The position numbers and the translations under genes are program-made. A stretch of DNA of 64,000 nt from Lingula anatina (taxonomy: Eukaryota; Animalia; Brachiopoda): NCBI GenBank assembly GCA_051362555.1, contig CM120647.1, forward strand, positions 14,422,651 through 14,486,650, written 5' to 3'. Positions 1-12,062 of the stretch are shown in pieces; positions within the stretch are counted from its first letter, which is position 1, and each line of letters starts with the position of its first letter. The notes under the pieces are model-generated. The model made no database searches and was not told the origin of the DNA. It saw only the letters and a program-made list of their open reading frames with translations.

Positions 1-610
1 AAATGACCTCCGAGGTACCCACTGTATACAGCAAAACATCGTCGTCTGTTTCTCTAATGAATTGGGGGCCACGAACGATTCTGGGTAGAACACTGAAACT
101 GCGTGGCTTTCTTTATTGAGGTCAGATTTCACCTGTACCGCCCAATTAGTCAAAACAGAGTTTACAGATATCCAGAAGAGGCCTACGACGAAGCATATGC
201 TAGGTCTAAAGTGACAAGGGTGATTGACAGCGTCAGTATTTGGAGTAGATTCCACATTGGTGCCAAAACACCAATGGTAGTCATCGACGAAAACCTGAAC
301 CAGATCAAATACAGGAATAATCTCGGAACCACTTGACTATCATTTGATAGGGAGCACCTTAGCAACAATTCTAGGTTGCACGATGAGGTTGCAGGTTCAC
401 ACAGAGCACTTTTAATAGCAGATAACTTACAGAACCAAGGGAATGAGCAGCTACCCTGGTCATCAAAATCGCCACATTTGAACCACATAGACAATATTTC
501 GTTAGACCATTATTTGCCAATCAACTGCCTACATGTCCTACAACAAAACTGGACCAGATTGGACAATTTTAGACCGATGCCTGGAATGCTATTCCAGATT
601 GAACTCTAAA
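1..610 (+). mobile_element. Degenerate Tc1/mariner transposase remnant (DDE domain; stops and frameshifts)
   Basis: ORF fragments read VAFFIEVRFHLYR..NRVYRYPEEAY..SVSIW..KTPMVVIDENLNQIKYRNNL and HDEVAGSHRA..LQNQGNEQLPWSSKSPHLNHIDNI. These track the Tc1 consensus VLFSDESRF..RVYRR.GERY..SVMVW..TPLVVIDGNL..RY and QDNARPH..LPWPSKSPDLNPIE. Catalytic residues are decayed. Confidence 0.8.
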
Positions 611-1007
611 AACCTACCCCCAAGAAATGCCTTGCCGCTTGAGAGCGCTGGCAACAGCCACGAAGAGGCCAGGCGTAACAACGACCATTACTGTGACTAG
701 CAACTGACACGAGGGTCTTTTGTGGAGCGTATTACCCTTTTACAGGCGATAATTTGGAAAATATGGAGATCCAAAATATCTCTTTTAATGGGAGTCGTAT
801 GACATAGAATAGGCAATGTGTTTTTGTTTGCTTCTCTGGCAAATTCCATTAATAAACTGATGTCACAATGACATCAAAGAGATAATTTAAAGTTATTAAA
901 ACACGATTATAATCCTTATTTTCATTTATCAGTCAGCAAAATAGGAAAAAACTGATAAAAAATCATTTCGAAAAAAATATTCCATATTAAATGTCAAGTC
1001 TGTAGTA

Positions 1008-1312
1008 TGTATTCTGACTTCCTCTTGTCATCATTGAATTTATGTTTTGATGGACGTCAAAGGATTGTGTATTCTGACTTTCTCTGGTCATCACTAAATC
1101 TATGCTTTGTTAGACGTCAGAAGATTGCGCACTCTGACCCTCTCTTAATTATCATCACCAATTCTGTGCTTTGATACACGTCAAAAGATTGCGTATTCTG
1201 ACTTTTTCTTATCATCAACAAATCTAAGTATTGATAGACGCCTTAACATTGTGTATTCTGACTTTCTCTTAATTATCATCACGTAATCTATGTATTGATA
1301 GACGTCTAATCT
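1008..1312. repeat. Diverged minisatellite, about 60-64 bp unit, about 5 copies
   Basis: Recurring unit GTATTCTGACTT..TCATCA..AATCTATG..TTGATAGACGTC..AGATTG. Confidence 0.85.
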
Positions 1313-1539
1313 GACATAATTCCCTGATCAAACTCAACAGAGCGCTGGGTTAATGCAGGACCCGCTTTAATGCGATAAGTAATTAGCGTTTGCTAATCCA
1401 GTCATCACTTATTTGCTGGATAATCACGTCGATTGGCGTCAGGGCATTCCAAACATCATCATGGCGTAACATAATGGTTCGAAATGACGGAAATAATTTT
1501 GTTTTTCATTCATTACCGTCCGGTGTTGTTTGGAGATTC

Positions 1540-1784
1540 TTAGGATTCATTCTCAATAAATCTCTCGGTCTGACGTAGATCTATCCAACTCCGTGGAGAC
1601 TCTTGCTGAATGCATTTAGATAAACAAATTAACACGACTCCTCCTGGCATTGAGAAGAATGCAGAAAAGCAGATGGTTATTCCAGTACGTTGAAAACAAG
1701 TTAAACTAACTGCATTTAGCAAGAAACATAGCGGAGCTGAATTGATCTACGTTGGGCGATAGTTTCAATGGGAATATGAGTTAA
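1540..1784. mobile_element. MITE family A copy (PIF/Harbinger-like termini)
   Basis: Imperfect inverted arms (ACGTAGATCTATCCAACTCCG..CTTGCTGAATGCA / TGCATTTAGCAAG..CGGAGCTGAATTGATCTACGT) flanked by TTA/TAA. Homologous to the copies at 7359, 8285 and about 21400. Confidence 0.7.
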
Positions 1785-3142
1785 TTCTTATTTTTATCAT
1801 CTTCACAAAAAAAAAGTGATAAAGTACGTCGACCGTGGCTGAAGATGTAAATTAAATTCCCACCAATCTTGGGGCAAATATTACACCGCGAGCTGCTCTC
1901 AATTCTCACTTCTAAAGAAACACGGAGCATTCATTCTTGGCTCAGAGGTTTCAATATCATTTCTGCGAAATTCCGCGAAAGAGGATTCAATGTCCAACCC
2001 ACAAGCATCAAATGACGTAAACACTTGGTTTTATAAAATATTGCAAACTTCGCAAAAGGTCATCAGAGATAATAGAGATGTTGACAATAACAGGATACGT
2101 GTAAATTTAGATGCTCATTCTGTATTGGAGCTTAGGGTTCACTCCTTCCGAAAACACTTCTCTATAGAAGTTTAGGATACATGACCCTGTTGTCAGGGTT
2201 TTCATCACTGCAACAACACTTTTAACTTACTTTATTACGTAGATTCTTTATTGATCACTGTGAAGGAATCCGAGCAAAAGCTTTTCATTCACACCACACG
2301 CACAAACTGAAGGACAAGAAAGTATCTTGTGTGGTGAACCCAAATTACCTACAAATTTTTAGTACATTGCGGAACGCATCCAAGCAAAGCTTTTTACATA
2401 CGCCTTCCACACAGTCCAACTGCAGGTCTTGTACGTATCTTGTGTAGTGAAGCAAAATTACATACATGTAGACCTTGAGAGATTATGTGTGTTGCAGAAC
2501 AAGCCCAAGATAATCTTTTTTTCTTATAATTACAGACACCACATGCACAATCTATCAGACAGAAAAAAAGTCGCCTCTGTAAGGAGGCACATTTACCCAA
2601 AGAACATGGTCAATAAACCCCCAGTTGCCGAGCGTCAGTCTTGGGAATCTTCATCAGTACGAAAAGTCCATACAAGAAACTTGTGCAGGGGTTTAATACA
2701 TTGATCTTTTGATTTTTAAACGTGAAAAATTAGTTTGAATGACCTTTTTTTGCGAAAATAACGCCGTACCTGTAGAACTACCGTTCTGTTTGTACCCAGT
2801 TATAATTGGCTAATTGCTGTCAGACCTGATCTTTAGGTCCAAATGTATCGCCTGTAAAGATTTCTGGTCGACTCAGCATTATGACAATGTTTGAAACGTT
2901 TCCCATTCATTATATATGAGGTACAGGAAAATTATATATGTATACATATACTCTATATACGTACATCGTTACAAGCCATAATTTGAAATACACTAAAAGC
3001 TTCACAGATATCTGCGAAAACATTCCGACTGTTCCTAATTGGATTCGGCTTATGTTTCACCGTAGTTAAAGATCACAATCTGATAAGAACTTAAGGAGTG
3101 CGCATTTTCCGTGCGTCTCTTTAAACAATTTCTCTAAACCAC

Positions 3143-4339
3143 CTAAGTAATTTTCTCGCATCTTCTGTAAGACGGGGACCTTGACGATAAAATATAGTCC
3201 GAATTAAAGGACTCCATATCCACTGTTTCAGTGTATTTATGTTCACTTCCACGAGAGATAAACCTTACCTTACAACACAGGCCGAAAATTCTTTCAACGA
3301 ATCGCTTGTACCCAAGTTGAACATCAGGTAAGCGTATGCCGTATATAAGAGGGTCAAAAATGGGATTCGCGAGGACAATTAAATTAGTGATCCGATGAAC
3401 CATTTGGTCGGTTGACGTGGCTCTTTTCCCCTGGGCCGTAAGGATCAGTCCCACTATAGCGTTCACGATTCCGGGCAGCCAGAAAATGATGACAGAACCC
3501 AAGAGAAGACCAATGGTGATGTTGAGTTTTCTTTGCTGGAGGAGAGTTTTGTGGTCGCTTTGAGGTCTCTTGTGAACATGACCGCCCGCTAGAAATGTTT
3601 GAGAACGCACAGTTTCACGAACAGGTGCCCGTAGCTGTTTGTTCACAACGCGGTACGTCATGAAGTAGAAGACGATGGCAACTGCCGAAAAGCAGACGAA
3701 AAATACAAAGAAAACATATGGTCGCACGGACATGTAGGAACTGCAAATATAGACACATTGGCAGTCGGACGCTACGTCGGACCTTAGCCTCATATCTGTG
3801 GCCAAATGGAGAATTAAACCGACGACGAAAACAAAAATCCACGAACTCAGTATAAAGGTGCCCACCCTTGCCTTAGTGACCAATGCCGGGTATTTCAAGG
3901 GTTTGAATATGGCCAAGAATTGGTTAACCACTATCCCCACCGTGGCGATGAGAGGACCTAGAAGAGATACGTATGACGCCTCCGTGAGGATGTAAGCGGC
4001 ACATATCACGTGGAAATGCGGCCCGTCGTAATAGAGGTACGTTCCCGTGCCAAGCAAGGTGAAGGTCACGAGGGCAAGGTCAGTGAGTGCCAGGTTGATC
4101 AAAAGAAGGTGGAAAGGCTGAAGGGGTCGCTTCAGGTGAACAAGTGACACCAAAGAAGCTAAAGTTGCGGCAAAGCCTATGGCGGCGGTGATGTGGCCGC
4201 AGAGAAAGTACACATTGTTTGAAGGCGACGATTCAGTACTGTTTTCCGTAAGCGTCGCATTTAGCGAAGATACGGAGATGGAATCGGTAGTTATGAGCTC
4301 GTACCGTAACGCCTGTGAAGCTTCATTCACTCCTTCCAT
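3143..4339 (-). CDS. Intronless class A (rhodopsin-like) orphan GPCR
   Basis: Seven hydrophobic segments in the 403-codon ORF (first ATG at 4339). N-terminal N-glycosylation sequons NAT and NST; TM2 NLALTDL; TM3 end NQFLAIFKPLKY (DRY position); TM4 W; TM6 FWLP; TM7 NPIFDPLIYG; helix 8 followed by CC. Confidence 0.92.
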   Translation of the reverse strand: MEGVNEASQALRYELITTDSISVSSLNATLTENSTESSPSNNVYFLCGHITAAIGFAATLASLVSLVHLKRPLQPFHLLLINLALTDLALVTFTLLGTGTYLYYDGPHFHVICAAYILTEASYVSLLGPLIATVGIVVNQFLAIFKPLKYPALVTKARVGTFILSSWIFVFVVGLILHLATDMRLRSDVASDCQCVYICSSYMSVRPYVFFVFFVCFSAVAIVFYFMTYRVVNKQLRAPVRETVRSQTFLAGGHVHKRPQSDHKTLLQQRKLNITIGLLLGSVIIFWLPGIVNAIVGLILTAQGKRATSTDQMVHRITNLIVLANPIFDPLIYGIRLPDVQLGYKRFVERIFGLCCKVRFISRGSEHKYTETVDMESFNSDYILSSRSPSYRRCEKIT

Positions 4340-7300
4340 CCCTCTGGCGAACAATCACAGAAATATCCAAAAATGGTTTTTAATCCAGTATTGAAGTCAG
4401 GTGAAAACTTCCAGCGTCCAGGAACGCACTTATAATATCAAATATAATATAAAAGTACATGTAAATAAACAAAAGCATCTACCCAAAACAGTAATGTTAT
4501 CTATATTAGTTACCGCTGTCTAAGTAACATATAATCTCTGATATCCAATGTGGTCCAGAATCTCACGCTCTCCATGAATTCTCGCAAAGTCTGTTTTAAT
4601 TGTGTTGTGTAGTTCCTATCAATGAATCCTGCCACCAACTCCAACGCCCGCCAGTGTCGCTGATTGAAAAGTTATGTTACCAATCACAGTCATATTGTTT
4701 TATAAACGCGTATGATTGATCCCAGAGGGAGAAAATAGCTGTGGATCCCCATCCAGTGCCGTGCTGGAAACAAAAGGTGCGTATAACGGCTCCCGAGAGT
4801 ATGTGTTTGTGAAATGACAGCTTTACAGTGTTGCAATCGATTATACCGACTAACACTTCTTTGGATAGAGCACACACACATAGCGCACAGCGCCTTTTTA
4901 ACTGGGAACAATGTTCCTCAGCCGCTGCGAAAAATCGTTTCACTCTGGTTCGCGGGTGTGAAACTTACTTGTTAATTCCTGACGGATATTTGGAGAGCAT
5001 CTAAGCGTTCCGTCGTATATATACCCCCTTGAAAGGTCTTTGACTTAGAAACGTGCCTGTCCTATCCGACTGTTACTCCATTCTAAGAGCTCGGTTTTTG
5101 TGCTCTTTCCAAGAACCACATTTACGTATGAATGCCTCCGTGTAAGTGCCTGCAGAAGCGGAAGGTATTGGCTAGAAATGGCTTTTTATTTGCGCTCGTT
5201 AGGAATCGGATCTGAGGAGCTGTCATCGATTATCCGATGACGATGTCAGTCATGATGAGCCAGTGCCTACTGCGCATGCGCTTGTGTTTAGGCGATATAT
5301 ATATATATATGTGGACGGACGTGCACACGTGCTGTGTCTGTATCTGTAAGGGATCATGCAAGCACACTCAGTGTATGCAGCTACAGTGAATGGCAGCACC
5401 AATGCAGTTCAGATCGGGTGGGAAAGGAGGGGGAGGGGGGAGGAGGACCTACTGTAACCCCCCCCCCCCCCTCCGCCTTTGATTTCTAAATTCTACAAGC
5501 CGATATCCTTGTTAAGTGATGCGTTTATAATTTAAACCCATCTGCTCTTCTCTCTCCTTCACATCTTCCTAATGTTATCACCCCTTAATCTAACCAATAG
5601 ATTCGCCATTGTAACCGCCATTTCCATAACGTCGCGCACGGCCGTTGATAGTTTCGTACAAAATAATCACACCCTTTGTTAATTGGATCATCTGTCCCTG
5701 TCAATGGCATAAACAAAATAACACCTGTTAACAAGGATTTGGCGATAACACCATAATAGGTATCATCGACAAAGTCATTTGCCATTAGTTGTCATGGTGA
5801 TTTTGAATTCACAATGTTAAATATTGCGTCATTCCTAAAGAAACATATTCGTCTTAATACGATGATCTTGTCAACACATGTTAATGTTGGTAATTTGCGG
5901 TTAAAAAGTGCGAAACGATTACGCTTGGCTGGGAACCGTTTTTTTTTTTTTTTTTTTTTTTTTGGGGGGGGGGGCAGATTATTTTCACTAGAACATTTCC
6001 CTACAGACGCAACGCTTGCCTGTGATGTCGTCACCCATATTTTCATTTTCAATTTTTTGTATCTGCCCATGCATGCTGGGAATCAACCACTGTGTATTGT
6101 GTTTAGTGTAGTTAAAACACATCATGTTGATATCCGTTAATCTGTTTGGTTAACTGTTTGAAGACATTATATGTCATTTTTTAGGCAACATCTTAACTCC
6201 TTCGAGATGTTTTTTATGTCCATCTGACACCTTCAGTCAAATGTGACACTGGATGGCGCCAGTGTAGCAGTCTGTTGACGATGGTCAAGATATCCAGTGG
6301 ACATTGACAGGTCACAGTTGAGAAAGCGTTTATCACTGATGAAAAAAAAAGGGAAATAACCATCTCAATTAACAAAATATCAAGTTCGGTATATGCCCTT
6401 AAATCACGCTGAGATTTTGAAAACTAAAACCTATCAAACATATATCCTGTCACTGCACCAGGAGGGATGAATCGATTATTGAAGCTGCTGACATCTGAAC
6501 ATTTCAAGAAACTGCAGGACATCCTTTGTAAGTTAATATAAAAATGGCCTTGGAAGTGTTTAAACTGTTAAGTTATTAAGGCTGAAGAACATAGAGAATC
6601 GCAGCAGTCATTTGGAGAAAATGGACATTACCGAATATGAATAATTGACAAAGTGCAACGCATCCTTCGACCTCATAGGTGAATTATCGACGCTTAATAC
6701 TCAGATGAACGGATTTTGGCCTCGCTTTTGGTGTTTATTTCCTATTAATGGGAGTATAAGTATTATCAAAGCCTCCGTTTTATTAAAATATTAATTCCAT
6801 CCCATTGGACTGTACCTCTGATTAGAACAGAAAACATTAATATGGAGCAGCTGGGACACCAAAAAGTGTTTTTATTTAAGGCCATTTTCAAAGTCCACAT
6901 TTCAATCTTGCACGACATACACTGCCAGAAAAATGAAAATGATTCATTGATTTTCCCTGATTTCAATCTAATTATTTCTGTTTTCACGAATATATAATTC
7001 GTTAATGGAATTTAAAACTTCACACGTGTCTTCTGAAGGGGAAAAAACACTTGATCTTTTTTTTTCATTTTGGAACTTAGCCTTTGTATACAATAACATC
7101 CCAACAAGCCAATTTGGTTGTTCGATCTTCAAATATTATTTAATATTATAAAGATACAATACCGACTTTTTTATTATATATGGTGCGAACTTATTTTATT
7201 TATTTTTCAAGTGAAAACCCTTTTATTTTGAAGCGAACTTGTTTGTATCGACCGTTGCATTCTTGTCCGCATTGATATAATATGCGATAAAAGAAAAAGA

Positions 7301-7358
7301 AATTCGATAAGAACAATTCCTAACCCGTTTTAAAGTTCACAAACCGTGCAACTCAATT

Positions 7359-7616
7359 TTAGGCCCCATTCCCATAGACATCGTCGGTCCACGCAGATCG
7401 ATTCTACTCCGCGGGGACTCTCGCTGAATGCACTCAGTTTAACAGGTTAACACGCCTCTTAAGTAAAAATACTGAAAAGCTGGTGATTATACTAGTACAT
7501 GTACATTGGAAGCAATACGAGGCATGTCATTCAGTTAAGCTGATGGCACTTAGCAAGAGTCCCAGCAGAGCTGGATCGTACGCAGACAGAGTGTGTCTTT
7601 GTGTGAATGGAGTCTT
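7359..7616. mobile_element. MITE family A copy
   Basis: TTAGGCCCCATTCCCATAGAC..CGCAGATCGATTCTACTCCGCGGGGACTCTCGCTGAATGCA...GCACTTAGCAAGAGTCCCAGCAGAGCTGGATCG..GAATGGAGTCTT; inverted arms, homologous to the 1540 copy. Confidence 0.7.
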
Positions 7617-8284
7617 CGCCTGGGTACAAAAGGTGAAAAGATTAATACCATCTGGAACTGTATCAACCTCGGAATTAGATGGTGTAATTAGAAATCAGTA
7701 AAGCATTACTTTAGGCAATCTAACTGTCAGCTTCGGGGATTTCATTAACATGTCAAGAGTATCGCCGGCAAGTAAATTAAGACCGCGAAAAAAAGGTTTG
7801 GAACGGCTCCTTGATACACAAGTATACATAAGGGGGAATGACACCGCTAATCCTGGAGGACGTGCTTGTGAATTTACCCACTGACGCACGGACAGGTGCT
7901 CGTGCTCCTGCTCACGGGCGCACATACACACTCATTTACACATACACACATATATTCACTTGCATTTGCGCACACGATTACATATTAGCAAAGACAGACG
8001 GTGTATTTATGATCATATGCTAGGAATTTGGTTACAATAAGAACTGAAAATGATAGCATTATATTGAAATCGGCGCATTGTCGTGAGTAATGATGGACGT
8101 AGGCGTATGAAAACAAATTAGAAGTATTGGGTCGGGTTTAAACTGCTGCATTTTACATTCTAAGGTTATGATTGTATTTGATATATGGTCACCGTCGGAT
8201 ATCAAACTATATGAACTGCTTATGAAAATCGCCCATTTTCGTTGCTTTTTGAGTGTCAAAATATACAACCCCGTGAAGTGTCTC

Positions 8285-8397
8285 TAAGGGTCCATTCCCA
8301 ACGAAACTATCGTTCTACGTAGATCGATCAGCGAGAGACCTCGCAGAGTTGGATCGATCCATGTAGAGCGATAGTTTGCATGGGAATGAGCCCTTAA
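8285..8397. mobile_element. MITE family A, internally deleted palindromic copy
   Basis: TAA-GGGTCCATTCCCA..AAACTATCGTTCTACGTAGATCGATC / GATCGATCCATGTAGAGCGATAGTTT..TGGGAATGAGCCC-TTA. Terminal inverted repeats with TWA flanks. Confidence 0.75.
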
Positions 8398-11300
8398 TCA
8401 CCCGTTCTTGGCATCGGCTCCGAGACAGAAACCTTTCAAATGAGACAACCGCCGATGGTTTTGTCTCCAAGCTCGTCTTCACATTGCCTCGCGCCAATCG
8501 GGTTTCTGATGAAATGCCCACTTCAAACGAATTAAGCTGCTAAGATTGGAGTGAAAAGATCGTTTCTGCGTCCCCGGGCGCCTTAATGGCCTTATGATTA
8601 AGAGAGCATGGACGGTTCCTGACAACGCTGCGATTGCTTGGGAACTGGTCACCACAACAGCAGGCGAGGACACGTCGATTTAGGTTAGGCCTGAAATCTT
8701 TTATTCTGTTACAACAATAACAAGAATAATAACGCGATCTGACTGTCTGAAGTGCCAGTTTAATTGCAGGCGCGGAATTTGAGGACAAGCCAATTAAAGC
8801 CGTTATTCAAAAATATCAAAGAAATTCCACACACAAACCAAACTTAAGGCTTCCACGTGCGCAGTTATAAAAGCATTAGGCGCAATCTGATAATGGAGTA
8901 TAACTGCAGAAATGACAGCGGTACACAAATCAGGCTTTACGCACAAATTACATTAGATTAATGTTGTATTATTTGAGTACACAGGCATCAACACTAAACG
9001 CTTTTATGACACATGGGTTTCGAGAAGTAGATAGAATGTTGAAATAAGGTGTCGACACTGCAGTTATAAGGATATTCAACTCTTTGCATTCACCTGTTTT
9101 TAAAAGCTAATCACTCAACGCAAATCAGACGGTTCGTGAAGCAGAATGATTTTACAAGGATAAACCCATTAAGCTTACGACTTTCTTGTAGCCAGTTAAT
9201 GTAACAGCACAATCAGTTGGAAACGTTGTTTTTACAGCACAAATTAATAACATAATAGTCACACAAACAAATAGACAGTTTCTGACTGGTAGAAAAATTG
9301 ATTAGTCAATTAATTGGTTAATCAAATTTTCAATCAATCGGCAATTAATCACAACTATTGGTTAGTAACTCATCTATTGGGTGGCTAAAAATTACTTTTT
9401 TCAAAATTCAATAATTTCAACAATTTTGGTGATATTGCAATGAATTTCAGGACATTTCAGGAAAACGATGTTTTAAATAAATGCCGACAATTCCATGACC
9501 ATACCTTTCTTTGTTTTGGCACACCGAAAAAATCAAAGCCTTAAGTCAAAATAAGGGTAACGGGTGAAGGTAACTGTCACGCAGCGTATTGCGCAGTGTA
9601 TTTACTCTCTGTTTAAAACCCCCAGTCTGTTTGAAATGTCACGGTAATTTAACTGAAACGCAAACGCAGATGTACTTGGAATGCAAACCGTTACTTCAAG
9701 TCTCTCTGACTTGCTTCATACAGGTGCTCTTATAACTGGCGTGTTAATAATATGGTAGGGGACATAACCCAGGAGCAACATGGTAGAATGGAAAAAAAGT
9801 CGACTGTAGAACCATCGACGCAATGTTTTATATCCATATGCCGATTAATTGAATAAGTACAGGTTAAGTGGAGTGCAAGGTTACAAGCTAGGAATTAAAA
9901 TAGCGAGGGACTAGACATAAAGTCTGATTGAGTTTTAAATTGTAGATTAGGTAAATTTCCGATGTTGAAACATGTTTCAGTCGACTCGGTGCTTTTCTAT
10001 GAATCCCTGAGTGAAATAAAAGGAGTCTGGTTTAAATCCCAGCTGTAGATTTATTGCGTGTTTCCACGCAGGTGTTTCGTAACAGTTTAATGAAATATTT
10101 AATCTGGGAATCAAAAAACCAACCGCATAGAGCAGTTACATTTACCACGTTTTTTTTTTTTCAGTTGAAATTAATGTTAACACCATAAAGCGTTCTTTGT
10201 AAAAACAAACCACGACAATGAGTGTTAAAACGAAGAAGCACAATTAATGTGTGGACCCCTCACACACGTGTTTACATTAGAAGTGAATGTACACCCGAAC
10301 ACAGACTGATACCGGTAATAGATTTCCTGACGTCACCAGGGAGCATGATTGTTTAACGTGGAGTATAGAACTGTGTGGCGTAATTGGAACCCTAAGGAAA
10401 TCCGGGCGTGCCTTACTCCTTGCCTGCGTTTGTTAGACAAAGCACTGGTTTAGTTGCACAAGTCTAAAATCCAGTCAAATTTGATAAACCTTGTCATTTG
10501 AACCATTAAATATGTGTCTTGGGTTTTGTTTTAGGTTTTATTGTGTCTGAAAGCGTTTGTAAATCAAGATACAGTGTACAGGACATTGTTACTCTGAAGT
10601 GACCCCAACAATCACAGTGTCTCATTGTAACGCTGGTGTTACCATTGTCCAAGATTTCCGGATAATACTACCATGCACTTTCGGCTGTAATACTAAATGT
10701 AGATTGTGCCCACATTGAATACGATTCAATTTGTAACGGCAAATAAACTGTTTCAATAAAAAAATAGCACCTGAACGGAAATGAAGGCTGTGGAAATGAT
10801 TGATATATATCTTATGACCGTGCACAAAAGGACAGCACTCTGTTGACGTTAGCAAATTGCTTATAACAATGGTCGTATCAGATAATTCAGAAAATCGAAC
10901 AAAAGGCGTAAATTGACATTTTGTTCTCGTTACACACAATAAAAGACTTACTGCAGCGTCGGTGGCGCTATTCGAATTCGATCCTCCAATGTTTTCAATT
11001 AGTTCTGCGATGTTAATCCAAACAACCGACGAAGAAATAACGCAATTAATGTCCTTGTGCATTTTTTCGGGTGGCGGTTTTAATCAATGAATTCGTACAC
11101 AATAGCTCTAATGCATTTTCCCGAAGTAGGCCATACTACATAAGTTTGATATCAGTGACTGATGAAACTCACCAGGCATTCCGAATGTGTTCAGTCCCCC
11201 AATTTTTTTTTTTTTTAGATAGACGGATGACGTTATGTTACTTGTTTTAATCAGCTGCGTACATGTTCCCAGGGTCGCTTCTAGAGTATCAGACATTTCT

Positions 11301-11460
11301 GGAAACTCACCTCGACTGTGTTTGTGTTTTAAGTGCACGACAGACGCGTCATGACATTGGAAGCTGTTTAAATGTATCCTCTGATATTCAGGGTGGGGAG
11401 GCGTTGCCTTAGGATAAAGATGCATAATTTTCTTAATTGTATGTGCACTGGAATGTCCAC

Positions 11461-12062
11461 GTGGCAAAAACTTTGATGCCCCTATTTCACACAGACCACG
11501 AATCCCACGAATCGCCAGGAATTGACAAATTTCAGGATTCGTGAGGATTCGTGAGATTTTACCAATTTTCTGGTCTAATTCGACAAGCTCACGATTCAGT
11601 TACGATACAGGTGCGATAGTGTTACGAATATTCGTGGGATTCAGCTGGAATCGCACGAATATTGTCCACAAATTCACTACGATTATTTGGAATCGTGAGT
11701 TCGTGTCCAAAACTTTGAACAGCTCAAAATTTTTGCCACGAATTCCCGATTGATCAAGAATTGCAAGAACTGACTATGATTATATACGAATCTGTTAAGA
11801 ACTTCACGAACTAATTACGATTCAACCACGAATCCTGAAATTTTCAATTCCTGGCGATTCGTCGGATTCGTGGTTTGTGTGAAATAGGGGCACCAAAGTT
11901 TTTGCCACCAATTTCTGTTGGTCAAGAAGTGCAGGAACTGACTACGAATATATACGAATCTGTTAAGAACTTCACGAATTGATTACGATTCAACCACGAA
12001 TCGTAAAATTTGTCAATTCATGGCCATTCGTGGGATTCGTGGTCTGTGTGAAATAGGGGCAT
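11461..12062. mobile_element. MITE family B: complete copy (about 11477-11892) nested in a partial copy of the same family
   Basis: TIR TGCCCCTATTTCACACAGACCACGAATCCCACGAATCGCCAGGAATTG at 11477. Its reverse complement ends at 11892 and again at 12061. The right arm of about 160 bp is present twice. Confidence 0.88.

Noticed and set aside
1008-1312. Repeat-spacer-like look (CRISPR)
   Set aside because: The whole unit is homologous between copies, there are no unique spacers or cas genes, and the context is eukaryotic.
10622-11467. 146-aa and 119-aa minus-strand ORFs
   Set aside because: No recognisable domain or splice-consistent continuation; probably chance ORFs or unrecognisable TE decay.
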